Origin: Vicugna vicugna
Lineage: Eukaryota
DNA length: 64,000 nucleotides
NCBI GenBank assembly: GCA_013265495.1
Contig: MU058226.1
Span: 396,741 to 460,740 of the forward strand
Direction: 5' to 3'
Positions 22,152-36,130 of this stretch are shown one piece after another; within the stretch, counting starts at the first letter, position 1, and each line of letters starts with the position of its first letter. Both the position numbers and the translations under genes were made by a program. The notes under the pieces were generated by a model. The model worked only from the letters and a program-made list of their open reading frames with translations, did no database searches and was not told the origin of the DNA.

Positions 22152-25100
22152 TCAGCGAATCGTCTTGACTGGGCTCTTGAAGTTGCTGGCGGCTTGGAGC
22201 TGCAGCTGGTAGGCCATCGGATGGATCTTGAAACCGTAGAGCCTGGTTTGGGGCAGAGGTCAGAGAGGCAGCAGGGTGAGCCCCATCTTGGCCCTGTCAA
22301 TGGCCTGCCTTCCCGCCTCCCTATCCCAGCTCCTTTATGGGCCTGTTCAGCACTTAAGGGCAGTGGTTCCCAAACTTATTCCCTCAAGAATATTGAAAAT
22401 GTGCTTTAAATATCTGTTAAAACTCAGTATACATACATAGGTGTGTGTATGCACACGTGTCTACGTATGTGTCTATGTGTACACGTCAGTACTTGTTTCA
22501 AAACTATTTCAGTACTATTCAGCTTTCAAACCTGGACTTCCCTTCTCTACACCAGAGTAAAAATGATGCTCCAGGAAGATAAACCACACTTGAACAGTGG
22601 CTCTGAGGATTTCCTGGCAGGTTGAGGGCAGATGGCGACAAGGACGGCTTTTCAACTGCCAAACGTTACTCTAAGCAATTCACACATTTAAAAATATGCT
22701 GTTGGGCAGGTATTGCCATCATCCCCATTTTATGGATAAGGAGACTGAGACATAGATAATCAAACAACTTTCCCATGGTCACTCAGCAGGGAAAAGCCAT
22801 GGCTCTGGGAGAAGTAGGCCTCAAGAAAGGACCATGCCCTGTACTTGTTCACCCTTCTTTCTTGCTTTTGACCCTTGGTGACTCTGTCCCTGCTCCCCAC
22901 CTGGGCACAAACTGGTTGGCGGGCCGCTTGGGCCGGTACTCGGGGTGCACCATGAAGAGCATGTGAGGGAAACCGGTGCCGAAGTAGGCGCCGTCCGTGT
23001 GGTGGTGCCTCGATGACTTGGGTGTGTACACGTCCATGCACTTGGGGCAGTAGAGCTTCACCATGGCCTCACCTGGGATGTCCGAAAGGCCTGGGAGACA
23101 GCCAGACTCAGCAGGCCAGGCAACCCCAAGCCTGCCCAACCTCCCTCCCGGACTCAGCCCCAACTCCTTCCCAGTGGACCTGCCATTTTACACGGCCCTC
23201 CTTTCCCTTTTCCAACACTCACCGATGGGAAGCATTGGCTGGTTCTCACAGTACACACGGGGACAGTAGCCAAAGTCTCCCTGCTGGTACTTTTCCAACT
23301 GAAGTGAACAAAATGGAAGGGGTTGGTGGGTAGGTGCGAAGTGAAGAGGCAATTCCCCTCCTTGGCCCAACCCAAATCACTCTGTCCCCAACTCCTCCTG
23401 CCTCTCTCTGTCCAGAGGCCCCTTCTGTGGCTTAGATGGGCCCTTGGACTCCTCTGCTTCCTTTCCTCCAGTTACACAGGCTGCAGACCATCAGAGCCAT
23501 TCGCTGCTTGTTCCCTGAGGAAGAGGCAGTCTACAATTTCCTGCCCGAGGTCACATCTCCCTCCCTGTAAACACCCCCTTCAGCACAACCCTCAATCAGG
23601 TTTTAACCCCCAGGCCCAGGGGTTCTTTCTCTCTTCTCAGCTAGATTCCTTGACAAGGCTGAAACAAGTGACTTCTTGCTGCAGGAATCTGTTTCCCTTG
23701 TTGCCTCCGAAGGAGTCAAGTGGGAGTAGAGAGGCCTCACCATCTGGGCAATGCCACGGTTGGTGAGGATGTAGCGGGCGTGGATCAATCCATAGAGCAT
23801 TTCGGCTGCCTGCTCAATCAGGTCGCTCTGGTTGGGGTTGTCTTCCAGCTCCTCATCTGCAATATGGCCCAGGCTGAATGCAACCACTTGTCTGACAGCT
23901 TTTTTAGGTGCCCTGCCCACCCCCAGGGGCTGCTGGCTACTCAGTTAGCCCAGCATCCAACTCAGAGCCTCACCCACCCACAGCCCGGGCATTTGACCCA
24001 GAAACCTGGGCCTCTGACCCTTCCACCCACCCAAGGCAACTGTGCCTTCTCTCCGCCCCTCTCGGCTTCTGCTCCCTTCTCTCCCTCACAACTCCCTTCT
24101 CAACACATAAATACAAAGATGTCAACACAAAAGATAGACTCTAGACTGAAAGGTGCCAGCCAGGAGAGACAGAAAATCAGACCCATGGGGAAACTGGTAT
24201 TATGGAAGACAGCTGAGTTATAGGATCAGAGTGTGGGAACAAGTGGTGTAAGTCATAACACTCAACAATCAAGTGGGGAATCAAAATGGAAGTAGAGAAT
24301 TTGGGGTTAACTGGATCAGAGAACCAAAAGGAAATTTAGAAATTCAAGAAGCAGGTAAACAGAATTTGAAGAGGAAAAGAAGCATAGACACACAAAACAA
24401 CCCTGAAGGTATCTCACCAGGCTCCAGGTCCAAGATCATGTCTAGAGCTTGTCGATAGTGAGGCACCTGCTCATTGAGTCCAGTGAGATTGAATTTGTCC
24501 TGGATGTAGTCTTCATCCACCTGTCAAGACACGGAAGTCAAGAGGAATCCACAGCAGAATCCTCAGCTTTGACCTAGGCAAGTTGCCCTAACTGATGCCT
24601 TATCCTCAACACAACTGCTCCTGTTCCCTTTGATCACCACTCCCAACTCAGCAGAAGCACCTGAGTCTCCATTCCCAGTCCACGTATACCACCCATGAAA
24701 CCTTTGGCTTTTCTTTTTTAAGGATAAACAAGTACAGCAATCCCCTCCTTAGAGAGACATTCCTTTCAAGACCCCTGTCCCTCTTCCTGCTCCCCATCTC
24801 CAGGTCTCAGTTTTGGCCTCCTCTTAGGGGCAGCTGGCTCTCTGAGGAAGGTGGAGGCTGAACAGCTTGGGTTCTGAAGGCAATTACAATCCCTTATGTT
24901 AACACACAGCTTTACATGTTACCAAGCATTTTAACATGCAGTATTTTATTTCTCCAAAGACAGGTTCTACTAGTACCACATAAAAAAGAAAACACACGGG
25001 TTGACATGGCCAACATTATATTGCTGTAGGATGGCAGGGTTGACTTGAGGCCCCAGTCTTGCCCATTCACCACAAGTTAGCGAGGGGGTTACTGAGGAGA

Positions 25101-25295
25101 CTCTTCCTTAACAAGAAAGTTTCTATGGAAGCATGTGAGAGAAGTGTGTGGAAACTGAATAAATGGGAGAATATCTGGCCAGATTATACGTGGAGATGGG
25201 TAGGGAGATTGAGGAGAACTCACTTCACAGAAGAATTCATTGCCACGGAGCCCACAGAACCAGGAAATCCAGGACACCTCCTCTGAGCTGCTCAT
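22152..25295 (-). CDS. CSNK2B: Casein kinase II subunit beta (215 aa)
   Basis: Exons 25295-25224, 24520-24418, 23856-23741, 23298-23223, 23090-22901, 22242-22152 total 648 nt ([14 protein letters not shown]...CPRVYC...CPKC...KSPVKTIR*). Non-coding exon 1 donor at 25904; AATAAA at 22026-22031. Confidence 0.99.
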
Positions 25296-25799
25296 CTTCA
25301 CGTCAGCTAGAAAAAGAAGTGTAAACCTAAGATCTCCCTTCCTGCCTCTGGTATCCTCCCTCCTCCCACACTTTGCCCTCCAACCGCGGAAGAATTTGGG
25401 GCCACCCTTTTTTAAAGGATCCCAGGCTGCAGCACGTCTCTGTACATCGTCTTATTCACATCTCAGGCCCTTTTCTCTCACTGAGATTAAGGAATTCTTT
25501 AGGGTCCTACCACTTGGAAGAAACCGGCAGCCACCAGTCCTACCCACATCCCTGACGCTCCCGAAGGCCAGGCCTGTCTCCTCTGTGTCAACTCCGGCAG
25601 GGCCCCGCGGCTCAGGCTGCCTACCCCCGCAGGTCTCCCCGTGTCCCTGGCCCCACTCCCAAGCGTTTCAAAGTTTATCCTTTCCAAACAAGGGCTAGGC
25701 CCCTCCTCTTCTCAAGGCCTGGCAATGGCCGTCAGGTCCCTTTCACAGGAGTCCCCACATCCCGCCTCCACACTTCAGGCCACCCCTCCCTCCCTCGGT

Positions 25800-26750
25800 G
25801 CCGGACCAGGTCACTTCCTTCCCCACCCCCACATCAAGGCGCCGAGACCCCATGTGCCGCGCCTAGGGACAGGAGACACCGAGCGGCGACGACCCCAGAC
25901 TCACCGGCTGAACGGGGACCGGGACCGGGGGGCGGGGAGGGGAGGGGAGTTTCTACTTCCAAGGAACCGCGGCGACCGCTACAACGCAGGCCGCGGATCC
26001 AACCGCGGCAGGCGAAGTGGGGTGGGGGGAGTGGAAACTGGGGAGGGTGGGGAAGAGGGCAACGCGCAAGCGCCTAGAGTCGGGAGCCGCCGTGGACGCC
26101 GGGAGATGGAGTCTCCGGTGGGGAGAAACTGGCGAAACTAGAGAAAGACGAACTACGAACCCCAGGACAACCCGCGCACGACCCTGGTGTCGCGAGGCCC
26201 CTGAGGGACACGCTCGGGGGCGGGGCGCAGAGAGGCTCTAGGAGTCGCCACCGGAAGCGGAAGCTCAGTAGCGTGTTCTGGGCCGGGGAGCCTGAGAAAT
26301 AACAACCCTGTGATCCTCGGACCCTGGAGCCGAGAGGGGGCGGGGAAAGGAACGAGGCTGGCTGAATCGTTTCCAGCCGTTCCCCTAATACAGCGTGCCT
26401 CAGGTCCCGACGCGATCCTGCTACTGAGGGCATCGACCTCATCCCTTGCCAACCAGCCGGGTCCTTATCGCCTGTCGAGCCCCTTGCCCGAGTCAGCCTG
26501 CCAGTGGAGACCCCTGACGAGGCCCATGTTTCACCCCGGGGTTCGGCCTCCTGAGGTGGGAGGTGAGGCTGGATTCCGTGTTGAGGGACTTGGGTAGGGT
26601 GTACTGGGTTGAGCTGAGCGGTGTGAGAACCGGGACGTCCCAGTGCGCTAACCTGAGGTGGCGCCAGCCATTCTGCTGCTCGTCCCCTTGCACTTCTCCA
26701 TTTCCTCTTGGGGCTTGAACAGGGCGTTCTGCTGCGGGCGCTAAGTGTGA
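25800..26750. promoter_or_regulatory. CpG-island bidirectional promoter of CSNK2B and GPANK1
   Basis: CpG-rich region between head-to-head genes. Tandem ETS motif CCGGAAGCGGAAG near 26251-26263 and ZNF143-like AACTACGAACCCCAGG at 26151-26166. Confidence 0.85.
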
Positions 26751-27704
26751 CCTTCGAACCCTGGTCAGAGTAATGGTGAGGGGCTGCGTAATGTTATTTC
26801 ATTTCACGGCTTCTGGGCATTCTCCGCCTCCTTGGGGCCTTTTTTAACCGCGAGAGTGGTTTCCCAGGTCCAGAAAATGAGCTTGTAGCAGGGGCCACGT
26901 TGAGGGAGGCGAAGGGCATTGTGGGGGCGTTATGTAAAAGCAGGACCCCCTCCGCCCCAACTGACGGATCCTTCTTGGTCCTCGCGCTGCTTGGGCACGT
27001 GGCGCTTTTCGCGTATGCTATTGGAAAGATTCCAGGGCGGGAAACACCCCAGCGCTTGCGCATCCCTGCGCCCTCAAGTAATGTTTTGGTGTTTTGTTGT
27101 TGTTGTTGATGATTTTCCCCAGCCACGCATGCGTGATTGTGTCATGTGGCTACTTGGGGACTTCTTAGCTTGGAGTAGCACCATTTTGCAGTACGGAAAC
27201 TACAAAGCAACACAGACTGGAACCTCTCCTCGATATCTGCTTTCTGCTTCTGGAGAAGTCTGTTTTGATTTGGGAAGACGTTACCCCGAAATAGGATCAA
27301 GGAAGATTTAAACAGCCAGGCTGTTTTTCTTAATGGTATGTCTTGTGCGGTGGTAAAGTAGTTCCAGAATTTATTGGCGGTGAGAATTGGAGTGGGGGCG
27401 GAGTCCAAAAGCTCTGGGCAACTGTCTTACAGAGCCTTCTTTCTTAACCTTTACTAAGGGACATGGTCTGTTACTGTTGGGTTTCCAGTTTTTCCACAAG
27501 ATCTATGACCCTCAGGCCCTGCAGAGTCCTGGGTTGTGGGGTTACATTTGGGGTATGAGGGGATTTTTGACTCTTAAGGATACTTTTCCTTATCCCAGCA
27601 GGTGTCTGGAGGTGGCTCTGGTCACTGCAGGACCACCAAAGGCTTGGCTTCTTTGTCTCATCCTCCCCTTGCCCAGTCTCATTTTCCCAGCTCTCCCAAA
27701 AGCC

Positions 27705-29508
27705 ATGTCCAGGTCCTCCCTCATTAACTTTACCCCAGCCACTGACCCCAGTGACCTCTGGAAAGATGGGCAGCTGCAATCACAGCCTGAAGAGCTGGAG
27801 CCCACCCTTGATGGAGCTGCAACCCGGGCTTTCTACGAGGCCTTGATTGGGGATGAGAGCAGCACCCTGGAACCCCAGAGATCTCAGCCTGAGCCTGCCA
27901 GTAAGAGAAAGAGGAAGAAGAGAACAATGAGGGAGGCTGCAGCAGGAACATCAGGAGGACATGGACAAAGGAGATCCCTGGAGGCAGAAGACAAGATGAC
28001 CCAGCGGATACTGAGGGCAGCCCAGGAGGGGGACCTGGCAAAACTAAAAAGACTGTTGGATCCCCATGAGGCAGGGGGAGCTGGGGGGAATATCAACGCT
28101 CGAGATGCCTTCTGGTGGACCCCGCTAATGTGTGCTGCCCGGGCCGGCCAGGAGGCAGCTGTGCGCTATCTCCTGGGCCGTGGGGCTGCCTGGGTTGGGG
28201 TCTGTGAGCTGAGTGGCAGGGATGCTGCTCAATTGGCAGAAGAAGCGGGCTTTCCTGAGGTGGCCCGCATGGTCAGAGAGAGCCCTGGAGAGACGAGGAG
28301 TCAAGAGAATTGGTGAGGGGAAGCCTTAGCCCACACCCATCTTTCACTGTATTCTGCCCTTCCTAGCCACTCCCCACCAGAGGCCCCAGAACAGAGCTGA
28401 AGGGTTCTCCCCTGCCCCCCGTGTAGGCTGATAATGCAGTGTAGTAGAGTGCTTATAAACATGAGTTCCCTGAGTTTATTTTTCAAATATTTTAAAATCT
28501 TTTCCATTTTTTATTTTTCAATTTTTTAATTAAAATATAGTTCAGGCATAATATTACATAAATTGCAGGTATACAATGTAATGATTCATAACTTTTAAAG
28601 GTTATACTCCATTTATAGTCAAAATATTTGCCATATCCCCTGTGTTGTACAAGCTCCCTAGATTTAAATCCTGTACTTAGATGGGCACCCTAATATCTAT
28701 GTGCCTGTTTCCTCATCTGAGAAATGGGGGAAATAAGAGCACCTTTCTCAACAGAGTCTTGAGGATTTAATGGGTTAATATATGTAAAGTCCTAGAACAG
28801 TGCTGGTTGTGTAGTAAGCACTATATGACTACATTAGCTATAGTCAGTTTTATTCTTCCCTTGCCTGGGAGCCTTGTGAGGCCTGATTACCATCTCTTCT
28901 CCCAACTGTGCTCCTCCGAGTCCCTCATTGCTAAGTGGGGAGGAAAGCAATTTGTTCCTCAGCAGAAACACTGGAAGGACCCTGTCCCATTCTGCCACCC
29001 ACCCCACCCCCTGAGGCCTCAACCTTTGTGCTGTCCTTAACCCTTTCTTCTCTTTCTCTACAGGTCCCAGTCCCCCTCCCCCCAGTACTGTGAGACCTGT
29101 GGTGCCCACTTCCGAGACTCTAACCACCATACATCCACTGCTCACCTGCTGTCACTGTCGCAGGATCTCCAGCCCCCCAGCCAGCCCTTTGGGGTGCCTA
29201 CCTCCAGTCCAGGCTTCAGGCTGCTGCTGAAAGGGGGCTGGGAGCCTGGAATGGGGCTGGGGCCCCGGGGTGAGGGCCGTGCCAACCCCATCCCCACTGT
29301 CCTCAAGAGGGACCAGGAAGGATTAGGCTACAGATCAGCACCCCAACCCCGAGTTACACATTTCCCAGCTCGGGATACCCGGGCAGTGGCTGGGAGGGAG
29401 AGAACCCCTCGGGTGACCACAATGAGCCAGAAGAGGGAGAGAAGGCAGGAGGAGAAGGACAGGGCCTGGGAGCGGGATTTGAGGACATACATGAATCTTG
29501 AGTTCTGA
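27705..29508 (+). CDS. GPANK1: G-patch domain and ankyrin repeat protein 1 (BAT4), 350 aa
   Basis: Exons 27705-28312 and 29064-29508. Ankyrin repeats ([17 protein letters not shown]), G-patch ([17 protein letters not shown]...GLGY), ends YMNLEF*. AATAAA at 29652-29657. Confidence 0.97.
28500..28655 (-). mobile_element. L1 3'-end fragment
   Basis: T-rich tail followed by ATATAGTT...GGTATACAATGTAATGATTCA...CCCTGTGTTGTACAA, typical of a laurasiatherian L1 3' UTR; boundaries approximate. Confidence 0.7.
28660..28850 (+). mobile_element. MIR SINE in the GPANK1 intron
   Basis: TGTGCCTGTTTCCTCATCTGAGAAATGGGG...GAGGATTTAATG...AGAACAGTGCTGG; boundaries approximate. Confidence 0.8.
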
Positions 29509-29841
29509 CCTTGGCAAGGTCTGACCCTGGTCTGCTTGAGCCTCTGGCCTGGGCACTTTGGCTTCTACTTCCTGAGGTCTGCTCAGGTCCCAGACCCTCA
29601 GGTTTTGAACAGTGGGCTCTGCCTTTGGGAGAGAGAGGCTGAGAGTTAAAAAATAAAATTTTTTTTTCCTCTTTGGTGTTTTATTCACTTTTCTGGAAGC
29701 TGTTGCAGGGAAGCCAAACAAGGCTAGGGACCACATACAATCCTACGTGAGCTAGAAGAGGCAGCTCCTCTAGGTGGCATGATAGGGTCACCTTCCTGCT
29801 AGTCTGGTTCACTTCTAGTCCCAGCCACTGCCTTGAGTGAC

Positions 29842-30070
29842 CCACCTTTTCCTTTCCTTTCCGTTCCATTCCTCTCCTCTCCCTTTCTTTTTCATTTTTT
29901 CTTTTTTCTTTCTTCTTTCTTCCTTCCTTTCTTTCCTTCTTCTTTCTTTCCCTTTCTTTTCTTTCTTCCTTTCTTTCCTTTTTCTTCCTTTCTTTCCTTT
30001 TTCTTCCTTTCCTTTCCTTTGTTTTAAATATATTTTTATTGACGTATAGTCAGTTTACAATGTTGTGTCA
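29842..30070 (-). repeat. (CTTT/CCTT)n pyrimidine microsatellite attached to an approximately 50-bp L1 3' terminus
   Basis: About 175 bp of near-pure C/T repeat followed by TTTTTATTGACGTATAGTCAGTTTACAATGTTGTGTCA. Confidence 0.85.
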
Positions 30071-30759
30071 CCACCTATTCTTTCAATCCCTGAACCAGCA
30101 ATTACCCATCTCTGTGCAAGTCTAGCCTCCCCCAGAAATCATCTGACCACTCTAGCCAATTCAACCACTGATTTCACATAGAAGTTCATGTACTATGCAC
30201 TAAAAGTAGGAATGAAAGATATTCCCAATCTTGGGGTTGCTCACAGCTGGAGGAGGAGACTGTATGTGATAAAATACAATGCACGGTGATAGAAGTCAGG
30301 GAATGCTCAAAGATGATGAGAGTGGGTAGGGTCTTGGAGGAAGAGGCCAGTGTGATAGGAAGGCCTGATTATGAAGACTGTAAGCTATTAGCTGAACTGG
30401 GATCAGAATTCTGGCCTTCCAGATCTGCATTTTAAGCCAAGATTCTTCATTCTGCTACCTGAAAACTGAGGGCTGGAAGTACATCCTATTTGTCTATACT
30501 TGTCTTTCCCACATTTCCCTCTCTCCCTCCTCCCTTATGCTGCTCATACCAGGTGCCAGGCACAAGAAGAGCTCGCTGTTGTCAAATCTAGGAGGTAAAT
30601 CTGCATGGATGGGCGGAGGAGGGCTACTCAAGTCCCAAGCCTTCTCTCATAGCTTTCTTTTCCAGAAAATCCTTTAATGAAATCTTGGACTTTAAGAGAA
30701 GGAGTGGTGGGGGATACGGGGAAGAACTCAAAGGCTGGAGACTAATGGGAGTGGGCGAG

Positions 30760-31130
30760 TTTAGGGGGCACTGGCGGTCCCGGGACCTCTGGGCGACGAA
30801 AATGTAAGGCTGGATTTACTGGCCCCCAGCGACCTCGGCTCCGGGCCGTGTTATGGCCTGGTGCGCACTGATGGCGCCCACAAGCGGCGCGGGGGCGCGG
30901 GGGGCGGTCGGTCGGCAGGGTCCTCCCCGTGAGCTGCGGGCTCCGCCCCCGTCTGTCCCTGTAGTCCCTGTTCTGCTGCTTCCGGGCTCTGCGGCTGGCT
31001 CCGGGCGGCTCCGCGAGGCCGCGGCCCCGACGCTGGGTCCGGGAGGGGCTGCAGCGCCCGGATGCCTGGCTCCCCACGCAGGCCCGCGCTTTGCCTCTCG
31101 ACCGAGAGCTCCGAGGAACCCTCCAACCTG
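30760..31130. promoter_or_regulatory. CpG island, probable promoter of C6orf47
   Basis: Very CpG-rich with GC boxes, directly upstream of the C6orf47 ORF. Confidence 0.8.
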
Positions 31131-31811
31131 ACCTTGCTGAAGCTGAGTCTCAGCTGTGTGCTCGGGGACCGGTGGGGCTACTTACAGGATTCACAGCCCT
31201 CTGAATCAAGGGACGAACGTTGCTGGCTGGAGTTTGCCGGATAGCTCTTCCCCCTATCCACCTAATAGACTTCCTACTCCTGAGCTCCCTTAGGATAGCA
31301 GTTCAGAACTCCCTCAGTCGGGAACACCTAGGACCCGGGGCCACCTTTCCTTCCTTCCTTCTTGGATGGAGCACCGCCTCCCCATTTTCTGGGGCACCTT
31401 GGGGCGTGGCCTTGGTGAGTGAAACTTGGGGTGCTGCCTGCTGGGAAAGAAACCCGGAAAAACAGGGAGGACACTGTGGGGGTGACCCAGGCTTTGTCAG
31501 ATCCCGAGACTTTCGGAATCTTGTGTGGTGGTGGTGGTGGTTGTGGTGGTGGTTAATAAATTTGGATGTGCCTAACTTTACCTCAAAACTGAAAAGGAAA
31601 CGAGCCACCTGCCACGTTTGAGGCTGCATAACCATCCAGGGAAGTGGGGAGTCACTTCTGAATTCAGAGTAGGACACACCAGGCAGATACCTGTTCTTCT
31701 GAGCCTGAACAGACTCTGGCTTCTGAGGAGAACTTCAGCCCTCAAACCTGAGAGTCTAAGCAGTGCCAGGAAGCAGCACCAGAATTTGGGGCTTCATTAC
31801 ACACCCCAGCC

Positions 31812-32693
31812 ATGTTCCTGCGACGGCTTGGTGGCTGGCTACCTCGCCCCTGGGGCCGCCGGAAATCAACGAGGCCTGACCTGCCTGCCCCAGAACCCAG
31901 ACAGATGGACAGCTCCTCCGAGAATTCAGGGAGTGACTGGGACAGTGCCCCAGAAACCATGGGAGACCTGGGGCCTCCCAAGACCAAGGACTCAGGTGCA
32001 CAGACGAGCTCTGGGGCTGCTCCAGAACCAAGCAGGGAGTCCCAAGTTGAGCAACTGGAGAGCAAAAGAATGGATTCTTTCAAGTGGAACAAGACTGTCT
32101 CCAGCACTCAAGAGTCTGGGAGACTGGAGGCTGGACAGGCCATTCCCAAACTGGGATGGGATCCTGTGGACTCAGGTGGCACCAGGAAACCTGGAGTGTC
32201 TCCTGAAGAGGGATTGAGCCCCTCTGGGCCTGAAGCCCCACTGGAGAAGCCTGGTCGGCGTCAGAAGCTGCTGGGCTGGCTGCGGGGGGAACCAGGGGCT
32301 CCCTATCAGTACCTGGGGGGCCCAGAGGAATGTCTGCAGATCTCTACCAACCTGACCCTGCACCTGCTGGAGCTACTGGCCTCAGCCCTGCTGGGGCTAT
32401 GCTCAAGGCCGTTGAGGGCAGCCTTGGATGCGCTGGGCCTGCATGGACCACTGGGCCTCTGGCTACATGGGCTACTGTCCTTCCTGGCTGCCCTGCATGG
32501 GCTCCATGCTGTTCTGAGCCTACTTACCGCTCACCCCCTGCACTTTGCCTGCCTCTTTGGTCTTCTACAGGCCCTGGTGCTGGCTGTCAGCCTCCGGGAG
32601 CCCAGCGGGGATGAGGAGGCCATTGACTTGGAGGGCGAGAAGTTGGGGAGGGAGGGTGAGGAGCAGAGGGGAGACCCAGGAAAGGGGCTGTGA
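31812..32693 (+). CDS. C6orf47: C6orf47 (G4) homolog, uncharacterised 293-aa protein with an uninterrupted CDS
   Basis: ORF MFLRRLGGWLPRPWGRRKS...DSSSENSGSDWDSAPETMGD with a hydrophobic Leu-rich C-terminal half. Lies between GPANK1 and APOM; AATAAA at 33029-33034 and 33415-33420. Confidence 0.93.
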   Translation: MFLRRLGGWLPRPWGRRKSTRPDLPAPEPRQMDSSSENSGSDWDSAPETMGDLGPPKTKDSGAQTSSGAAPEPSRESQVEQLESKRMDSFKWNKTVSSTQESGRLEAGQAIPKLGWDPVDSGGTRKPGVSPEEGLSPSGPEAPLEKPGRRQKLLGWLRGEPGAPYQYLGGPEECLQISTNLTLHLLELLASALLGLCSRPLRAALDALGLHGPLGLWLHGLLSFLAALHGLHAVLSLLTAHPLHFACLFGLLQALVLAVSLREPSGDEEAIDLEGEKLGREGEEQRGDPGKGL

Positions 32694-33693
32694 CCACAGG
32701 GTGGGGTGTGTCCCAGGGCCCCATCCTCAGTGAGGTGGGAGCAAGGGTGAACACAGTGTGGCCTTTAGGAGAGTGGGGGGCATGACCTAGATTGTAAGCA
32801 CAGGGACCTCAGGGATGGGGTAGAAACCCCAGAGTATGAGGGCACAGAGCCCCCCTTCACACACAGGAGAGAATAGAGCTGTTTAGGTGTCTGTTTATGG
32901 ACAGTGAGGGCATTGCCCTTGAATTCACCAGCTGTTGTTAATTTTTGCTTTTACATTTCTCCCACCTCCAGTTATTTTTTTTTCCACCTCCACTTTTTAA
33001 AAGAAAAAAAAAAGGTGTGATGGTGGAGAATAAAGACTAAAAGTCCCTCTCTACCTTTCAAAACTCTCCAGGGGTGGAGGAGACCAGAGGTATGACAGAT
33101 AGATCTCTGGATAGGGTAAGAGGGTGGTTGAGAGACTCAAGGTATCCCTTGGATCCTGGGATCTGCGCCATCTAGGGAGGAGTGGCACTGCTAGGTAGGT
33201 GAATTAGGGGGTCTGGATGGGCTCCTATAGGTGATGGAGCCTGCAGGGAGGATCTGGGTGTTCCCAGTAGCCAGAGGGAATTTGGGACTGTGCAGGTATT
33301 GTTAGCAGGAGGGCCAGCTCAGAGGGGCTGTCAGCTCAGACAGGCAGTATGGGGAGCACTGGAGTTTGCAGACCCCACTGGGGTGGGGGGGGGTTAGAGA
33401 TTTGCTCACTCAGCAATAAATGTCACACCAAATCCTAAATATACCACTACAAAGTAAGAGTTACTGCCAAGTGTCCTTCCTGACGCCGTCCAACTGGAGG
33501 TTTATGTGGTAGAAGGTCCAGGGGAAATATTGAAATGGAGGGAGTGGGACTAATGTCTAGAGACAAACCCCCTAAATAAGATGAGGATTGAAAAACCTTT
33601 ATTACCCTTGAAAGGGAGTTGGGATTTTCCAGCTTCTCCCCCACTACAATGTCAGCTTCTGTATCCATCTGGGGGCACAGGTGAAGCCACAGG

Positions 33694-35590
<1,897 letters not shown>

Positions 35591-35689
35591 CTTCAGGAAG
35601 GAGGAGCTGGTGCTCTGCCTGGAGTGGCTGGTGTCTTAACTGTTCTCTCCCACTGGCTGCTCAGTCCACTCTGCTTCCAGCCCCCTTGC

Positions 35690-35724
35690 CTCGACCCTTG
35701 ATCCTTCACCTGCTAATGAGTAAC
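35690..35724 (-). promoter_or_regulatory. APOM proximal promoter with an HNF1-like site and a nuclear-receptor direct-repeat-like element
   Basis: GCTAATGAGTAAC (35712-35724) resembles the HNF1 consensus GTTAATNATTAAC. The minus strand reads GATCAAGGGTCGA at about 35690-35702. APOM is an established HNF1A target. Confidence 0.6.
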
Positions 35725-35929
35725 TTCAACCTTGTTTTCCAACCCAAGCCTGGATTACTTACAGTGTTTGGGTCTTCTCCTCTACTGAATGTAACCACTT
35801 CACAATACATCCTGGCATGTCCAGGATCTCTCAGGAATTTTAAGGAGAGTTGAGCCCTCCAGGTAGAAGCCTGTGGTCCTTCAACCCTGGATATCTGCTG
35901 CGCTGTGCAGCACTGAAGAGAGATGGATT

Positions 35930-36130
35930 GATTCTTTCATACATTCACTCAGCAAACTGTTTTTAAGTCCCAGCTGTTTGTTAGGAACTGGCTAAGCCCT
36001 GGGAACATAAAAATGAGTAAGACAGTTCCTGGCCTTGAAGAATCAGTCAGAGGAAAATTAGCTATGTAAACAAGTCATTTTAGTACAACCTGGTAAGTGC
36101 TTTAGAACAGGTATGAACCAAGTGCTAGAG
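35930..36130 (-). mobile_element. L2 LINE 3' fragment
   Basis: TTCATACATTCACTCAGCAAAC...AATGAGTAAGACAGTTCCTGGCCTTGAAG; boundaries approximate. Confidence 0.6.

Noticed and set aside
22361..22520. Possible hAT/Charlie DNA transposon remnant (CAGTGGTTCCCAAAC)
   Set aside because: Only one TIR-like end is visible, so the element cannot be delimited
27387..27704. N-terminal extension of GPANK1 in the 309-aa ORF
   Set aside because: Non-ATG start, and it spans intron and 5'UTR (acceptor near 27601); the recognisable protein starts at 27705
29833..30049. Phe/Ser/Leu-rich ORFs
   Set aside because: Translation of the CT microsatellite
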